Assembly: GCA_002633005.1 (NCBI GenBank) | Contig: NMRA01000870.1 | Location: forward strand, 48,915-112,914 | Source: Phoronis australis | Lineage: Eukaryota > Animalia > Phoronida | DNA: 64,000 bases | Reading direction: 5' to 3' | Shown: positions 11,937 to 26,600 of the stretch, piece by piece | Position numbering within the stretch: the first letter of the stretch is position 1 | Layout of the letters: each line of letters opens with the position of its first letter | Notes under the pieces: generated by a model | What the model was told of the DNA's origin: nothing | The model's database searches: none | The model's input: only the letters and a program-made list of their open reading frames with translations | Translations under genes and position numbers: made by a program

Positions 11937-14590
11937 TTACTTTCTGTGACTCCTATTTTTCACATTTGCTGTACTATAAAAATGCACGCCGATCTTTCTG
12001 GTTTTCTCTGCACGGTCCATGGCTCGCCGCTGTAAAATAAGAGCAAAATGTCGGCCTCTGATGAGTGATGTGAAACACAACATACATAGTTCTGACAAAA
12101 GCCTTCATAACAAGAGAAATGCTGGGGCATTGACATCCACCTACAGTGTATCATATATGACATATTTAAAAGGGCCAGTAGTAGGCACAGTAGTAGTCGA
12201 ATCAGTCCAAAAATCAAATGGTGCCGGCACATTGTCATCTACCGCTGAGTAAAGTTTCATTAAAATCTGTCAATTGGTTCAAAAGATGTAATCCGAACAT
12301 GACCTTTCCCTAGATAACGCTTGAAAATCCCGTTCTTGAGAATGAAAGGATGCCGGCATGTGGTCATCATATATAACTATGTAGTTTCATTGAAATCCAT
12401 CAATCAGTTCTCTAGATACCATCCAGAAACAATCTTCCCCAAACAACACATGAAAGCTCCTCATCACAATGCTGCAGTGGACAAATCCTTCCCAAAAACG
12501 AAGGGTTCAGAGAATTGACTTCACATATGTTTGTGGTGTCAATTTTTGTTGACATCTATCACTCGTTTCTTTAGATGTCATTCAGCATTGCTCTTTCCCC
12601 AAACAACACATAATACAGACTCCTTGAGAACAAGATGGGCACTAGGACATACGTGCTACAGTAGTCTAAACTGCACAAAAAATTAATGGTGATGGCGCAT
12701 TGACATCACATACCTCTGCGTCAAGTTTCATTAAAATCGATCAACCAGTTCAAAAAAAATTATCCGAATATGTTCTTCCCAAAATGGCCACTAGGTACTG
12801 CACTTCTGTAGCGGAATCTATCCAAAAATCATATGGTGCCAGTACATTGACATCGTATACCGCTGTGTCAAGTTTAAACTAAATCCGCCAGTCTGTTCTC
12901 TTGATACAATCCAGAAATGCTCTTCTCCAAACAACACTCAAAAAGCCTCATGTCAAAAAGTAAATGGCCATAAAGGAGTACTCCGCGGTCAAATCCACCT
13001 GGAAACTAATGGTGCTACCACATTGCTTTAACATACCTCTGTGTCAACTTTAAATGAAATTCTTCCCTCAGTTTTCTATATTATCCGTAATAGCTCTCAC
13101 ACAAAATGGCCACTTGGGGGCACTGCAGTGGTCAAATCCAGACAAAAATCAAATGGTGCCGGCGCATTCTCATAATATACCTCTATGTCAAGTTTCAATG
13201 AAATCTGTCTTTTGATTCTTATCATCCAGAAACGCTCTTCCACCTAACAACATTTGAAAATTCCTTGCCAATAACAAAATGGCCACTAGGAAGTGCTACA
13301 GTTGTCGAATCCGCCCGAAAATTTAATGGTGCCGGCGCATTGATATCATATATCTTTGTGTCAAGTTTCATTGAAATCTGTCACTAGATACCAGCTAGAA
13401 ATGCTCTCACACAAAATGGCGAATAGGCAACACTACAGAAGTCCAAATTCCGCTGAAAATTAAATGGTGCCGCTGCAACCTCAAAATATACAGCTGTGTC
13501 AAGTTTTAATGTAATCCGGCCATAGGTACTCTAGATATCATCTGGAAACGTTCTTCTCCCCCAAGCCAATACTTGAAAAGCTCCTCGTTGAGAACAAAAT
13601 AGCCACTAGGAGGTGCTACAGTGGTCAAATCTGCCCGAAAATTAAATTGTGTTGGCGCGTTGATATCACACACCATTGTGTCAGGTTTCATTGAAATCCT
13701 TCAATCCCTTCTATAGATATCATCCGGAAAAGCTCTTCCCTCAAAAATACAAAAAACATGCCCCCTTGACACCAGGGGGCTGGCCAGATTGAAAACTGGT
13801 GTGAACTGTTCTAGTGATGCCCTGCACCCTTGCGCCAAATTTCGTCAAAATCCGATCAGATTCATGATATACTGAGCGGACATGTGGAGCCCCGGACAAA
13901 GTGACAGCAATATGTGAACACATGCACACACATATATATGTGGGCGCATAAAAATGTGACAAGACTCTTAATGTCATGATCTTGGCACAAACTAGTCACA
14001 AGAAAAACTTGGGCAAGAGAATTCTTCCACGAGTCGGTTTCCCCACACACCAGTTGAATAATTCACTCCAAGGCATTTTTGAAGCCTTAGTAATATTTTC
14101 TAATTAAAAATTAGCTAGCATCCATCTTCAAAAATTATAAATCTTAACCCAGCGGCCATATTGGAAACCAAAATGGCAGGCAAACTCACCTGTTTGGCCG
14201 TCAGCTTCGGTGGTGTAGGACCACCATCATCCTCATCTTCATGACCTCGCTTACCGGGAGTACGTTTCTTTGAAACTTTCTGCTTAGCTCTTTTTAGAAA
14301 TGATGTCAACTCCACAGCTGTAACCTTAGAGCTGTCATTCACAGTGAACTCTGGGAAACCTACAACATGAAATGATTACAGGAAGTAACGACTATGTGGG
14401 TATTTAGGACCATAGATGCATGCGCATTGTTGCCAAATACTTGAGCAAATCCAAAAAGCAAATCCTTAAAACAGCATATGAGTGAAGCTTTAATAAAATG
14501 ACACAAAATGGTACACCTTGATGTACATTTAATAATAATAATTAATAATACTAATAATAATACTACTAATAATAACAATACTACTACTAT

Positions 14591-14622
<32 letters not shown>

Positions 14623-17600
14623 ATAATAATAATAATAATAATAATCACAATATTCCTGGTAATTGAAAGGCTGTGTATTCATTTATCATCGCTTTGTTAC
14701 AAAGCCCTTTCCGACAGTATTACTCACGCACATATCAGACCACCTACTCAGCAATACTTCAAGAGAGCCCGACAACACACGTTGCTGTTACTGATGAATA
14801 CTTATCCTCATTCAAAACACGGACCCCACACAGACCTGCCACCCTTTTATCAAAGACAGCAAGTCCAGTCAAAGCTAAGACCAAAGTGGGCAAACTATTA
14901 CTAAGGCGATTTCCCAATTTTTGTACAAGTGGAGCATTGCTACTGATGTTAACGTGATCACGTGGTTCAAATTCAAGGTGGACGTCCACTTTCACAAATC
15001 ATAGCAATGAATTGCAGATAGACATTCAATATGCATCCATCTAAGCTAAGACCAGGGGCAATAGTAAGATATAATGTGCCCACATTTTGAGAACCAGTTT
15101 GGTGCCCGTTATTCATAGGAGAAAACTGGTTCTCTAAATGCGAGCAAATTATATCAAACTATTACTAAGACCAGGCATGTGGCCTATGATACAACGTGGC
15201 ACAGTGCTCACTATCATCTCAAGAGCAGTTACGTCTAGTACCAGGAAGCAACGAACCAAACCTTCGTCAACTCCATCTTCGCCTCAGTTGCCTCGGACTT
15301 CCCAACAACATGCACAAATTTGCACATAGACAATTTGCGACATAATCACCAAGCAAGTGCACAATCTCACCTGTTGAAATTCCCATTCTCCTCCCCGAGA
15401 CCTGTTCTTCCAACCCACTCCTTTCTTCAACAACAAATTTCCCACTGGACGTGCTGCGGGTACTTTTACCACGACCCTTACTACCAGTCCTCTCACTTAG
15501 ATCCTTCCTGGCCATATCACTGCACTTCCTAACAACCTTCTTCACATTCCTCTTGCGATTTTGTCTCCCAACAGTCCTTCCTATGGCTGACGTGTCATCA
15601 GAACTTGAGTACTGGTCATCATCAAGCTGCACTGAACTAACTGATTCCGTTTCTTCAACTTCCACGTCCAGGCACAGAGCCTTGTTTTTTATTGGACGAT
15701 TTAATGACAAATGATCCTTTTTGACCTCTCCACCATGACCTGCATCCCTGACCCCTGCATCGTTCTCCTGCTCCGTAAAGTCACCCGCACCCATGCACTC
15801 ATCTCCAGCCTCTTCTTCATCCTCATCTGCCACTTCCTGAAACAGTTAATTTTCATAGAAAGAATACACATAATTTATTACATAAATACAGAGATCTAAT
15901 GCCTTGCTACTATAGCAATTACACCACGCCAAGCAGATCAGTAGTCTGATTTGCTGTCTCAACCAAACCATCGTATAGGAATGACTGTGTTATGCCAGGG
16001 CTAGTTTCTTCAAAAATGACTTTATATAGACTTAAGTCAGAAATTTGGTCTGATACTCTGCATGACCATTTCTGAAAAGCAATAAAATCCCATTTTAGCA
16101 AAACTGCAAAGTTTCCTCGAATACCCCTAGATACTGAGCTAATTTGACTGAATCATAACTAAGTTGTGATGTTTTATAATTTCATGGCTTGTGATATGCT
16201 AATAATTAAATGGCTAACCTTTTATTCTGTAACACAAGACCTAATTTCTTACTTAAGTCTTAAGGTACTTTTCATGAAACAGGTCTCACTTTAGTCTTTT
16301 TGATGATCTACCTTCTAATTGACCTATCCCCAGGATTTTGAGTGACAGCTTAACTGACCAAGCAGAATGTAGCATTCTTGACACACCTTCATTTCCAAGC
16401 CGCCATTTTACCCGAAAAACAACACGTTGTCAGCTGAAAGTTATTGTTTGTTTCTTAACTTTTCACAAGGGGGCGAAGCTTGCGATAGGTCAATTGGTCA
16501 GCCGACTCCATACCACGAAATGTTACAATCATAGAACTTAAGGTTAGGCTCTCTGATTGTCCATGGTAATTGCTCATCACAGACTAGAATATTAGCCATT
16601 AATCTTAAGCCAGTACGGATGGCAACAGCTCAAATTATTTGAAGTGCAGCTGATAGGACGCATTTATAATCTGAAGCAGCTGACCGACCTTCTCAAAATA
16701 TTCAGATAAGAATGCTGTAATTGACTTGACAGCAATTAGTCAAAATCAGTTGTAAGGAGTACATTAACAGAGAGTGACACAGTGACTAAGCAAGCATTTC
16801 ACAATTTCTTAGTCGAATGCAGTAGTTTTGAGAGCACGCTGTGACACATGGATAAACATCGTGCCAGAATTATTTGGAAGTTTGGTCGAGTTTTATGCGA
16901 CAGGGCTGTTGACTTCAACTTGCCAAATGTGACCTTGCAGAATTCCCAGATAGATGAACAATGCCTACTCCAAACTTTTTATTACTTCCGGCTCTACTGT
17001 GATCGGCAACTTTGTTGCGAATTGGAATTTTAACCAGGAAGCCAAACAAAATCTGAGGTCCCTTTGGAGAGCCCTGATTAATTTGTAATGAAGTTGCACA
17101 GTAAGCTGTCCTGACTTCGACAACATGGATGGGGGTAACAAATGTCAAGATTTTGTTGAAACTGAGCCAGAAAGTCAGAGTTGAAACAAATTCTAGCAAA
17201 AATAAATAGATATTTAGTAGCAGTTTTGCGTGCTAAATTTTTGCCAAATTTTAACGTTATCTAGCTTATTTTGAAAAATACTGTAAATGACTTACATCTC
17301 CCTAAATGACCATACATTACTTACATCAACTACATCAACTCCTTCAATCTTCTCCAGTGGTCTCACATCCTCGCCCATGAAGCTGGGTTCCACGTGGATC
17401 TTGCTTAAATCTTGTGTCACATGTGGTAAGGCTGTTTTACTCTGAACAGAACATGTGGTAAGACTGCTTTACTCTGAACAGAACATGTGGTAAGGCTGCT
17501 TTACTCTGAACAGAACATGTGGTAAGGCTGCTTTACTATGAACAGAACATGTGGTAAGGCTGCTTTACTATGAACAGAACATGTGGTAAGGCTGCTTTTC

Positions 17601-20600
17601 TCTGAACAGAACATCTGGTAAGGCTGCTTTACTATGAACAGAACATGTGGTAAGGCTGCTTTACTCTGAATGGAACATGGATTACTTTTTTATTCACTTT
17701 GACATGAATAAACTAAATTATCCGCACAACACTGTTGCTTCTTCCTAAAACATGACATAGCAATGATTGGCATGGCACTGATTGGCATGAGTAGTTGCAA
17801 GTCCAGCATGAATTGGTTGAATCATACAAGAGCCAAGCAGTAATTATTGATAGTATTTTTGAGCATCGGCCTGGTTAATCACAGTATTTAGAATTGTTTC
17901 TCTACCAGGAAATATATTAGACTACCACCTTTGAGTTTACCTCAACATTTGTGTCAACTTCAGCTGATTCCACCATTGCATCCTTTGTGTGCGAGTGTGT
18001 AGGGGTGGTAGAATCCTGTAATAGGAATTAAATCTTAGTTTAACCCGAGCTGACCAGCACCAGATAAGATCATAGATGACACAGCAGTAAATCATGATTA
18101 AATCAATTATTTTTTAAAAGATAGTCAAAGATTGGCAAATACCAATTACCTCACAACCAGGTGGCTTCACAAAGTATGGTATCTTGCCTCTCAACCAATC
18201 ATTGAGCACCATCTTGGCGACGGTGCTAATGTCTGGCTCACCACCCTGAAACAAAGATTAGGTATTATAGCTACTAAAATAAATCACATAATATCCAGTT
18301 GACACTTCACAAAAACAGAGCACAAGTTGTCCGTGGTTGTTGCAGGACAACTAGTTAAAGTGGTAAAAGCAAACCTATTTAGAGCAACAAAACATCTCAC
18401 CAGCAACACGCTCTATAAATAGACAACCTAGTATATTTAAACTACATGGCATCATGAAGAGAAAATGGTTTTAATTAGTCGACAAGTCGGCACTATAATC
18501 CAGCTGTTCTCCTTTTTTGAGTTACTAGTAGACCATGAGTCAACCAAAGAGTAACATGCACGACTCCTTCATGGAATTTTACTCAGTTTAGCCTGTGTTC
18601 GATGTCAGCAGCTTGGCTGATATTAGCAGAATGAGGTGACTATAAAACCAGGGAGCTGGAGAGATCTGCTTTGATCCTGAGGCCATGCGCTTGTGTATTG
18701 AGGACCTTTATAAAAAGACTCTGCGTTTTTAGCCAAGTATCTACAAAACTATCTAACTAGGGAAAAGTAGAATTGTGTTTCCTGATTTTTTTACTATTTA
18801 TCATGCAAAATTTACCAAAAAGGAAAGGCATATTGAGAACAAAAGAACAGTATTTAACAGCATGACCAAATTTCATTTAAAATAAATGTTCAAGATGAAA
18901 TAAAAAAATGCTACAGTTTTCTAAAATTTAATTTTGTTTTTTGTTTTATTTAACTTATACTTTTTTATGAAAATCATGACTTATTTTCTGATCGCCCTTA
19001 ATGAAAAAAGTGGAACACTGCAAAAACAGTCCATAACAGAGTTTTGGACAACAATGCATAAAGCATGGTATAACAAAGTTTGATATGAATCCGACCAGCC
19101 ATTTCGAAGACATGATGTTCCGAAGTTGGCCAAATTTGGACATTCTTCTAACTTAGGTTAACATAACAATTACAACTGAAGTGTGTATCCTGCAGAATTT
19201 GTAACATCAGCCACGCCACCAGTACATCGTCTGATATGTTTTCCACCAATAGAACAGAACATAAAATACAGAAATGCTTTAAAAATTAAAGGAATATATG
19301 ACCTGAAAATCGTGTGATGCCATATCTTTTCTTACCTGTCAGTCCTTTTCACAGCCAAGGGACAGTGCAAACTTATCAAAGTCTGTGAATCAGCGTGCCA
19401 ACACATGAATCAACAATAGAGTCCAACAGCCTACCTTCAATAACTTCCCCGCCTTCTTGGCAACCTGCTCCAGAAAGTCCTCGTGGTCTGCCCACTCTTC
19501 AAGCTTGTATGTTTTCTTCACATAGTCGACCTTGACCCTGTTCAACAGTTCAGCTATGTGGTCCTCGGGACATTTTACGTTCTCAACTCGCACCTGGTGA
19601 CAAGGGGACAATACAGGGTCACATACGATTACTTGAACACTTGTCAGTATTAATTCCATTTCAGAAAATTCAGCGACATATTTGAGTGTTCAAAGGTAGA
19701 TAAGTAGTGATAAAGTAACTCTCACAGAATTTAGCACTATTTACAAAATCAGTCACTAAAATATCCCAGAAAAAGTCCTGGTTCTGACCATAACCTTAAT
19801 CAGACAAGCACAGCTGCTTCCATTAACCACTTCACGCACTCAATATTCCAAAATTCAACTCATTCCACTGCTGCGACCTATGACTCCACCCAAAGTTGAC
19901 CCCTCCCCTTGTGGCTCCTCCCCCATATGACTCCTCCCATTTATAGACCAACTCACTCACCACTCCCTTGAGGACAATCTCTGTGTCCGTATCACCTGTG
20001 GGGTAAACCACACCTGGACAGTCAATCAGAAAGATGCGTTTCATCAACGTAATGTACTGCCACACCTGTAGAACAGATAATTGCAAAAGTCTAACATGGT
20101 AATAAACTGAGCCTAAGTCAAACATTCATCAACATGTCCACATGCCAAAACAGAAACCTCTACCACAGCATGAAAGTTCACTCTAAGTTCCATAGTGACA
20201 CTACAGAATAATGAGCACTGTTTGGGTAATATGAATATCTTGGGACATCCCGCTTCACACCATGGCGCGTGTCGCACCACCATTCACCTTGATGGCAAAA
20301 TCACCGCCTCAATACTAGCTCTGTAATGAATTAAGGAACAGCAAAATATTGACTACCACAAATATGTCTACCTTTGTTTCCCCAGCAATGGGTGCCACCT
20401 TGCAGACCTTCTTGGACCTGAGTGCATTAATGATGGAACTCTTCCCCACATTTGGATATCCAATGAATCCGATGCTGATTTGCTTCTTGTCATTGTGCAG
20501 CTTTCCAAACTGGCGCAGCAGCTGGATGAGCGCCCCCTTGCCAAACGGGTTGGTAATGCTTGCGTGGAAGGCCAACGTAGGGTAGTCCGATGACAAGATG

Positions 20601-23600
20601 GCTACCCACTTTTGCTGCAAATGGGGAAAGACAATCAGTTATTTTTATAAATCCTTATGGATACAAAAGCAAGAAAAACATTTCTACATCAACAGCTTTG
20701 AATGTATATCACTGAACACCTTTTATCTATTTTGTACTTTAGATTAGTTGCAAAGTTCTGTGACATGGCCAATTGCAAAAAGCAAACTTTGAAAACTCAT
20801 TTTCCTCATTGAGGTTATACTCAGAAATAAGACATACTGACTAAAAAAATTAAGCTTCCTTTTTATTACCTTTTCCTTTTTCTCAGAGGTCAACACAAAT
20901 TGAAAAAAGGAAAAATTCAAGCGATAATTTTAACCTGTGACAGATACAGTAAAACACTATGCATGATGGGAGATCTCAGTCATACTTTAAAGGAGAATGC
21001 CACCCGATTTAATTAGTCGTTTTTGCCGTCTTAATCGGTCTATATCCACATCGCCTCGCATACGGTCGACCTTACCTTGCCAAGAGGTGTCACGTTAACC
21101 TGTTAAGAAGGTGAGAAACGACGCTAGCGACGTCAGTGGTTCATATGCAGAGCAAATGCCGCTGTGTTGCGGTGCATCGTTCCCGCTTGTCCGAACTAAG
21201 CAGCTGCGAGGAAAGCGGGTACATCGTTTTTTTTACTTCCTCGAGAGTCCGAAATGCTTAGGAAGTGTCTCATGGTAGTGAAGAATGAAATGTACGCTGT
21301 AAATAGCGAGTATGAGGCCGTGAAACATCTCCGTGTCTGTGGCCTCAGTGCAGACGTCGACAGTGCCTGACGAATGCCGGCTTACCAAATAACTCCATAT
21401 GTTCCGTTGTCTGAGCTTGTTCACAGCGCCTCTCTAGTATTTCTTCATCACTGTATTCCTGTTAGAATTGATAGCCTGTAAAACTTAACGATCCACTTGC
21501 GAAGTCGGGACTGATGAGCTCTAGCTCGTCCTAAGTCGGGATTGCGAGTTGCCACGTTGGCGTTTATTACTGAGCGTTCTGTTTCCAAATGAATTATTCT
21601 CACCCCAACCAATACTTATATAAAACTGAAACAAAGTCTGTCTCATTAAATTCAATTTGTGATGCCTTTGGAGAGTTTGTGAGTGCAAATGATTTGAAAA
21701 GCCAGCAATGACTAAATCACTGCGTTACCGGCTTTGGGTGCAATAAAACTAATTGACGGGAAACCGAGGCCGTGTGAGCTCATGCTAATTTAGTGTTTGC
21801 TGGCAAAAACTGTTGTGAAACAACTCGATTTCCATCCCACAGCCAGGTGTTAGGGGAATCTTTATTTACATTTACATTTCTCAAATAATGATTGTCAATG
21901 TACGTCTGCCCTGACGGTGCTGTGGCCAAAGCGAAACGTGAATTCGCGGCCCCCGACAAGTAAGTAGATTTGCAGTTTCGTGGCTAATTCACCAACATAA
22001 TCACGTTNTAGGCACCAGGTCACACTTATTTAGGACAAAGATCAAGTGCTTGTAGTTCTTCTCTTTCTTCATGTAGTCTTCGATGAACTTTGACCTAGTT
22101 CCCATGGGGTCACGAGCATCCAGTACTTGAATGACAACGTCTGATGAGTCAATCACCTGATGTCAAACAAAGACTTTCTCTTAATCTCACACTATTTACC
22201 TAGAGTGAACTTTAGTCTCGTAAAATCAATCGAAACTTGAAACTGCATTTCGGCGTTTTAGCTGTCATAGCTGAATTCTTTACCAATATAATTATTATTT
22301 TCGGGTTTTAAAACACCACGACACTCATCCAATTTCAAACTATTGCTGAATGAGCTGGCACCTAAAACTTCACAGACCAAGTGTATATGCGTCAAGTCCG
22401 AATCCACAATTCCAGGGAAAGCCAATCCATCTTCCTGCACCAACCCACTCATCTTATCATATACAGGTCACTGCATAATCTCTTTGGCTGTCCTGCTTCG
22501 AGTATCTAGCAGGGCACCTGTTCCCACATCCGCATTATAACACCTCATCCCTTTACTCCCTTCTCCCCTGTTCCCACACCCCCATTACAACACCTAATCC
22601 CTTTACTCCCCTCTCCACCCACCCACTCTCATCTCACCTTGTACAGTTCATTCCAGATCCTCTTTGACTGTCCTGCCTTGAACACCCAGTCGCGCACCTG
22701 TTCTCGTTCTCCTGTGTCCTCTTTCACCAGGTCCTTGTCCCCATCCACCTGGTAGCTATCTGAAGAAGCCTCCACTTGCTGAACCAGGTTCTGCAACACA
22801 AAGTTACAAACCCAGTCACAAACTAAAAAATCGTGAAGGAAAACAAGCGGGAACTGAGTACAAACAATGTGGACAGCTGGACTGATAAGCATAACAGCAT
22901 AATGCACTCAACACGTAATGCACGCATGCAAACACACGCACACACACACACACGCACATATACACATGGGTGCTTAATACAGAATCCTCCGTCATGGGCA
23001 ACTTAGAGCAGATAAAGTTCACTGTGATGACAGCTGGTAAAAGTGGAATTCATCGTCAGAGTGGAAAGTAAGACGAGTCACCACTCGTCCATATGAGTCA
23101 CAATAGGAGAAAAGAAATCAAGTTCGGAGTGTACTATACCTCTAAATCTGTGGCTTTTATGTTGGGCTTTTTCCTCTGGGCCTTGGGCCCAAATGTGTTC
23201 TCAAATGCTTCTGTATCCAACAGATGAACCCGGGCATGCTGTCAAAACCGAGAACAAATTCAGTCTTTAAAGAATTTTATAGCTGAAGAAAAATGACGAG
23301 CAGCATATTTTAAAATTAACAAAAAAATCTCATGGAAGTCATTAGATTATCAAAATTTATGTGCACAACTGGGCGAAAACTCAATTGTGACAAGAAATGA
23401 GGAATTTAATTACAAAAAACTTTGTATGCTATGTACACTAACCAATCTGGACACATGGCAGAGAAGCTAAACCAAAATGAAAAGCTGAACCAAAATGAGA
23501 AGCTAATTGTTGACAGGTGAACTTTTCATCTTACATTTTTTTTGAAATTTAGAAGAGTCTCGGTAAACAAACAGTGTAATGCAAATTAATTTTTTAATTC

Positions 23601-26600
23601 TATGATGCATATGTTCATGACATTAAACCCAGCACCTCACAATCGTTAAATTGGTGTTCTAATCATCATACAATTAACGCCCAAGTTATGAGTAGCATCA
23701 GACTTCAAATCTTAATACATGTAAATGGATAATTTCAAATGGTTGCGCGACGTCAACAAGATTGGTCAACACTGGCAACGTCATATGCAATATGAAGTAA
23801 CTGTTGTTACCTAGTGTATAACTCTGATGCAAATAGCCCGTGCTGTACTTAATACAATAATTCAACAGCAACACAAGAAACTGATATTTACATTACTTAC
23901 GGGCCCTGCTACACAAATGTACTTTTCAGTACAGTCTAAAAAGGGAACTAACTATACATTGTATACTTCTGGGTAAGAACCAGGGTTGAGAAAGCACACA
24001 ATACATAACCAAACCGAGATTTTTCTTCGGTACAGTTTGGAACAGTACGGAAATTTTGAAATACCGATGTACCAAATCTCCAGTTGCTGCTACGTCTTAA
24101 CTTCCTTATTTTTGCAAATTACATGCATACATTATATTTTCTTTCAAAACAATGACCCCATGAATAAATGACCTAACGTGGTTTCTTTTTTGCCTCTACA
24201 TGGTGCCATGGCCTATTTCAGCATTAGTTCGTTATCACAAATTTTTGGACCAGTCATCAAACGTCATTGTCACTGGCATTAGTTACGTTGTGAGATTCAA
24301 GCCTTTCTACAGTAAAACTGCTGTTTAGATTGTATTACTGTTGCATCTCAAAATAAGCAGAAAACTCTAAAACATATCTGTGTAACCCTTGTATCAGACA
24401 GTGGTTGGCATTTGGGTCAAAACACCATTCTGACTGGAATTAATGGCAATTAAGTCAAACAAAAGTGGCGTGGGTTTGACATACCTTTGGTTTGCCCCAT
24501 CTGAGACAGAAACAAGGCAATTTGTTTCAGGTTCAACAACAGCTGACATCGTCGTTACCAACGATTGGTGTTCCATTCAGCAATATGATAGCCCGATACC
24601 CCTCGTCACCATCCTGAACAGGTCCGTCATCCTTTCCCTGTACAACCTACTTTGAATGCTTCATTCTATACACATCCATCATCACCTACCCCACTCTAAC
24701 CTACCTTGGCTGTTTCATTCAGTAGTGTGATAGGCAGCTTGGACTGTCTCATCACTACTTTATATGGGTCCTTCATCACTTTCCCCATCTCCTCCTGGAA
24801 TGACTGCAGAGCCGATTGGGTAATAACTCGCGTGTTCCCTGTAAACAGCACACTTACTGAACACAGAAGAAAACCAAAATCAATTTAAAAACACAAACAA
24901 AATGAACAAGTGAAACAATTATTGTGTCTGCAGAAATTTATGCATTCAAGTCATCTGGGACATTTGTACCATGAACGCCTGCACGTGGGTGAAACATTTT
25001 GTATTTCCACTCCATTCAGATAATATAAAGCACTCTTCTCAATAGGCAGGACTTGGGGAAGATCCAATCTCTCTATGATCTCAACATGTGGGTGCACAGC
25101 ATCCACTGGTGTGATGGTGTCCCAAGCAATTATCCCTGCTAGTTGAACAAAAATATGAGCAAAGCTGGAGGGTTTTTTACTAAGGCTGTAGGCAATGTTA
25201 TTAGCAAAAAATAGAGCTTATTTAGCTAGAATCATTTCTGTCTGCTCAAGAACATAACCTATAACAGCAACATCAGGTGTCGAATTAAAGAATGAATGTT
25301 TCGACTTTCAACTCACCAAACCACTTGCGATTGGGCTCCACTCTGGCCATGGTGCCTGACTTCAAGGTGGACTGGTAAGGTGCAGGGCGAATGATTTTCC
25401 CAGAGGAATCCCTGTAAACATACAGGACAAATGACTCCCCAGTTTTCAACCTTACTCAAAAATGTCAAGAACTACACAGTTGTGAAGCAGTTCAGAAATC
25501 AAGCCTCCAAATTCACTGCCACCTTTCTAGCATGTGAGAAACTTCCCAATACCGCATAAATTCTAACGAAATTGGAAAATCTGGGTGCACAAACAAAAAT
25601 GCTATAATATAAAACCATTGTTATTTGATAACTGAAACATATGGTTCAGAATGTTTGTAACATAAAGTACAGAGTGTCGGACAGTTGAATCTCTGCTTGT
25701 GAGTCTGAACCATGAAAAATTTGTGATAAAATATCGTTGACACAATATCTACTTAGCTACCACAGCTTCTAGGGCTATCACCCACTTGAGGGAAAGGTGT
25801 ATAACAGCTTCTTATTTAATTTGAACTTTTCTTATCTAGTAAAAATTTGCTTTTCAAGGACAAAAATGGGGACACCCACATAAATATATGTGTTTCCACG
25901 TAAAATATGATTATAGGTGGGTACACCTGTCAGTAAATGTTGATCAGCGAAGTCTCTCTTTCTAACTGGGTACACCAAATTCGGGATGGTACGTACCTTC
26001 TAAAGAGGGAAATTTCCGTGTTGCTTTTACTAAGAGGGTAATTTTTATGTTTATATACTACACTGCTTTTTAAGACAACGGTAACATTCTCTTTTATGCT
26101 TCCTTGTTTTTATGAAATCAGCACCCAGACAATGGTTCATTTTCGTACACCAACAGAACAATGTGAGTTGCAAGTAAACATCCACTGTGAAAACTAAGAG
26201 AGTTAAGCAACGTTTGTAAAGAACAGACCCCACGTTGTATCACAGAACCCACTATGTGGTACAACAATGAAGGATTTTAGATAAATACTGTTTTTGTATA
26301 TGTCATTCAACTTTAAAATTCAACCATTCTCTCCTTCTTGGACTTGAAATAGCCAACAGCAATGTTAAACTGTTCTTCTGAAAAGCGTTGCTGGCCACAG
26401 TGAACAACACTGATGAGCTTATTGCGTGTGGTCTACTTCAAACTGCTTCTAAGAGGAGTGTGCGGCAAGTTCATCAGTGAAGAGACCCGGTGTGTGTTTC
26501 TATGCTCCACAGCACAGCTTTACGTAATTCTCCTCCTTTACAACTTGTTTGTGTGATATTTTCTGCAGCAAACACACCTAAGTTTCTTTTACTTTCGTGT

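Noticed and set aside
12058-12077. Hammerhead-like CTGATGAG..GAAAC
   Set aside because: Only 6-7 nt between the boxes, with no stem II or flanking stems. CTGATGAG at 1736 and 21511 lacks a matching GAAAC.
16498-16581. C/D-box snoRNA in a GNL2 intron (GTGATGA..CTGA on the minus strand)
   Set aside because: No terminal stem and no recognisable rRNA guide; the boxes can occur by chance.
17419-17679. CRISPR-like 32-bp repeat
   Set aside because: Units are contiguous with no unique spacers, there are no cas genes, and the context is a eukaryotic intron.
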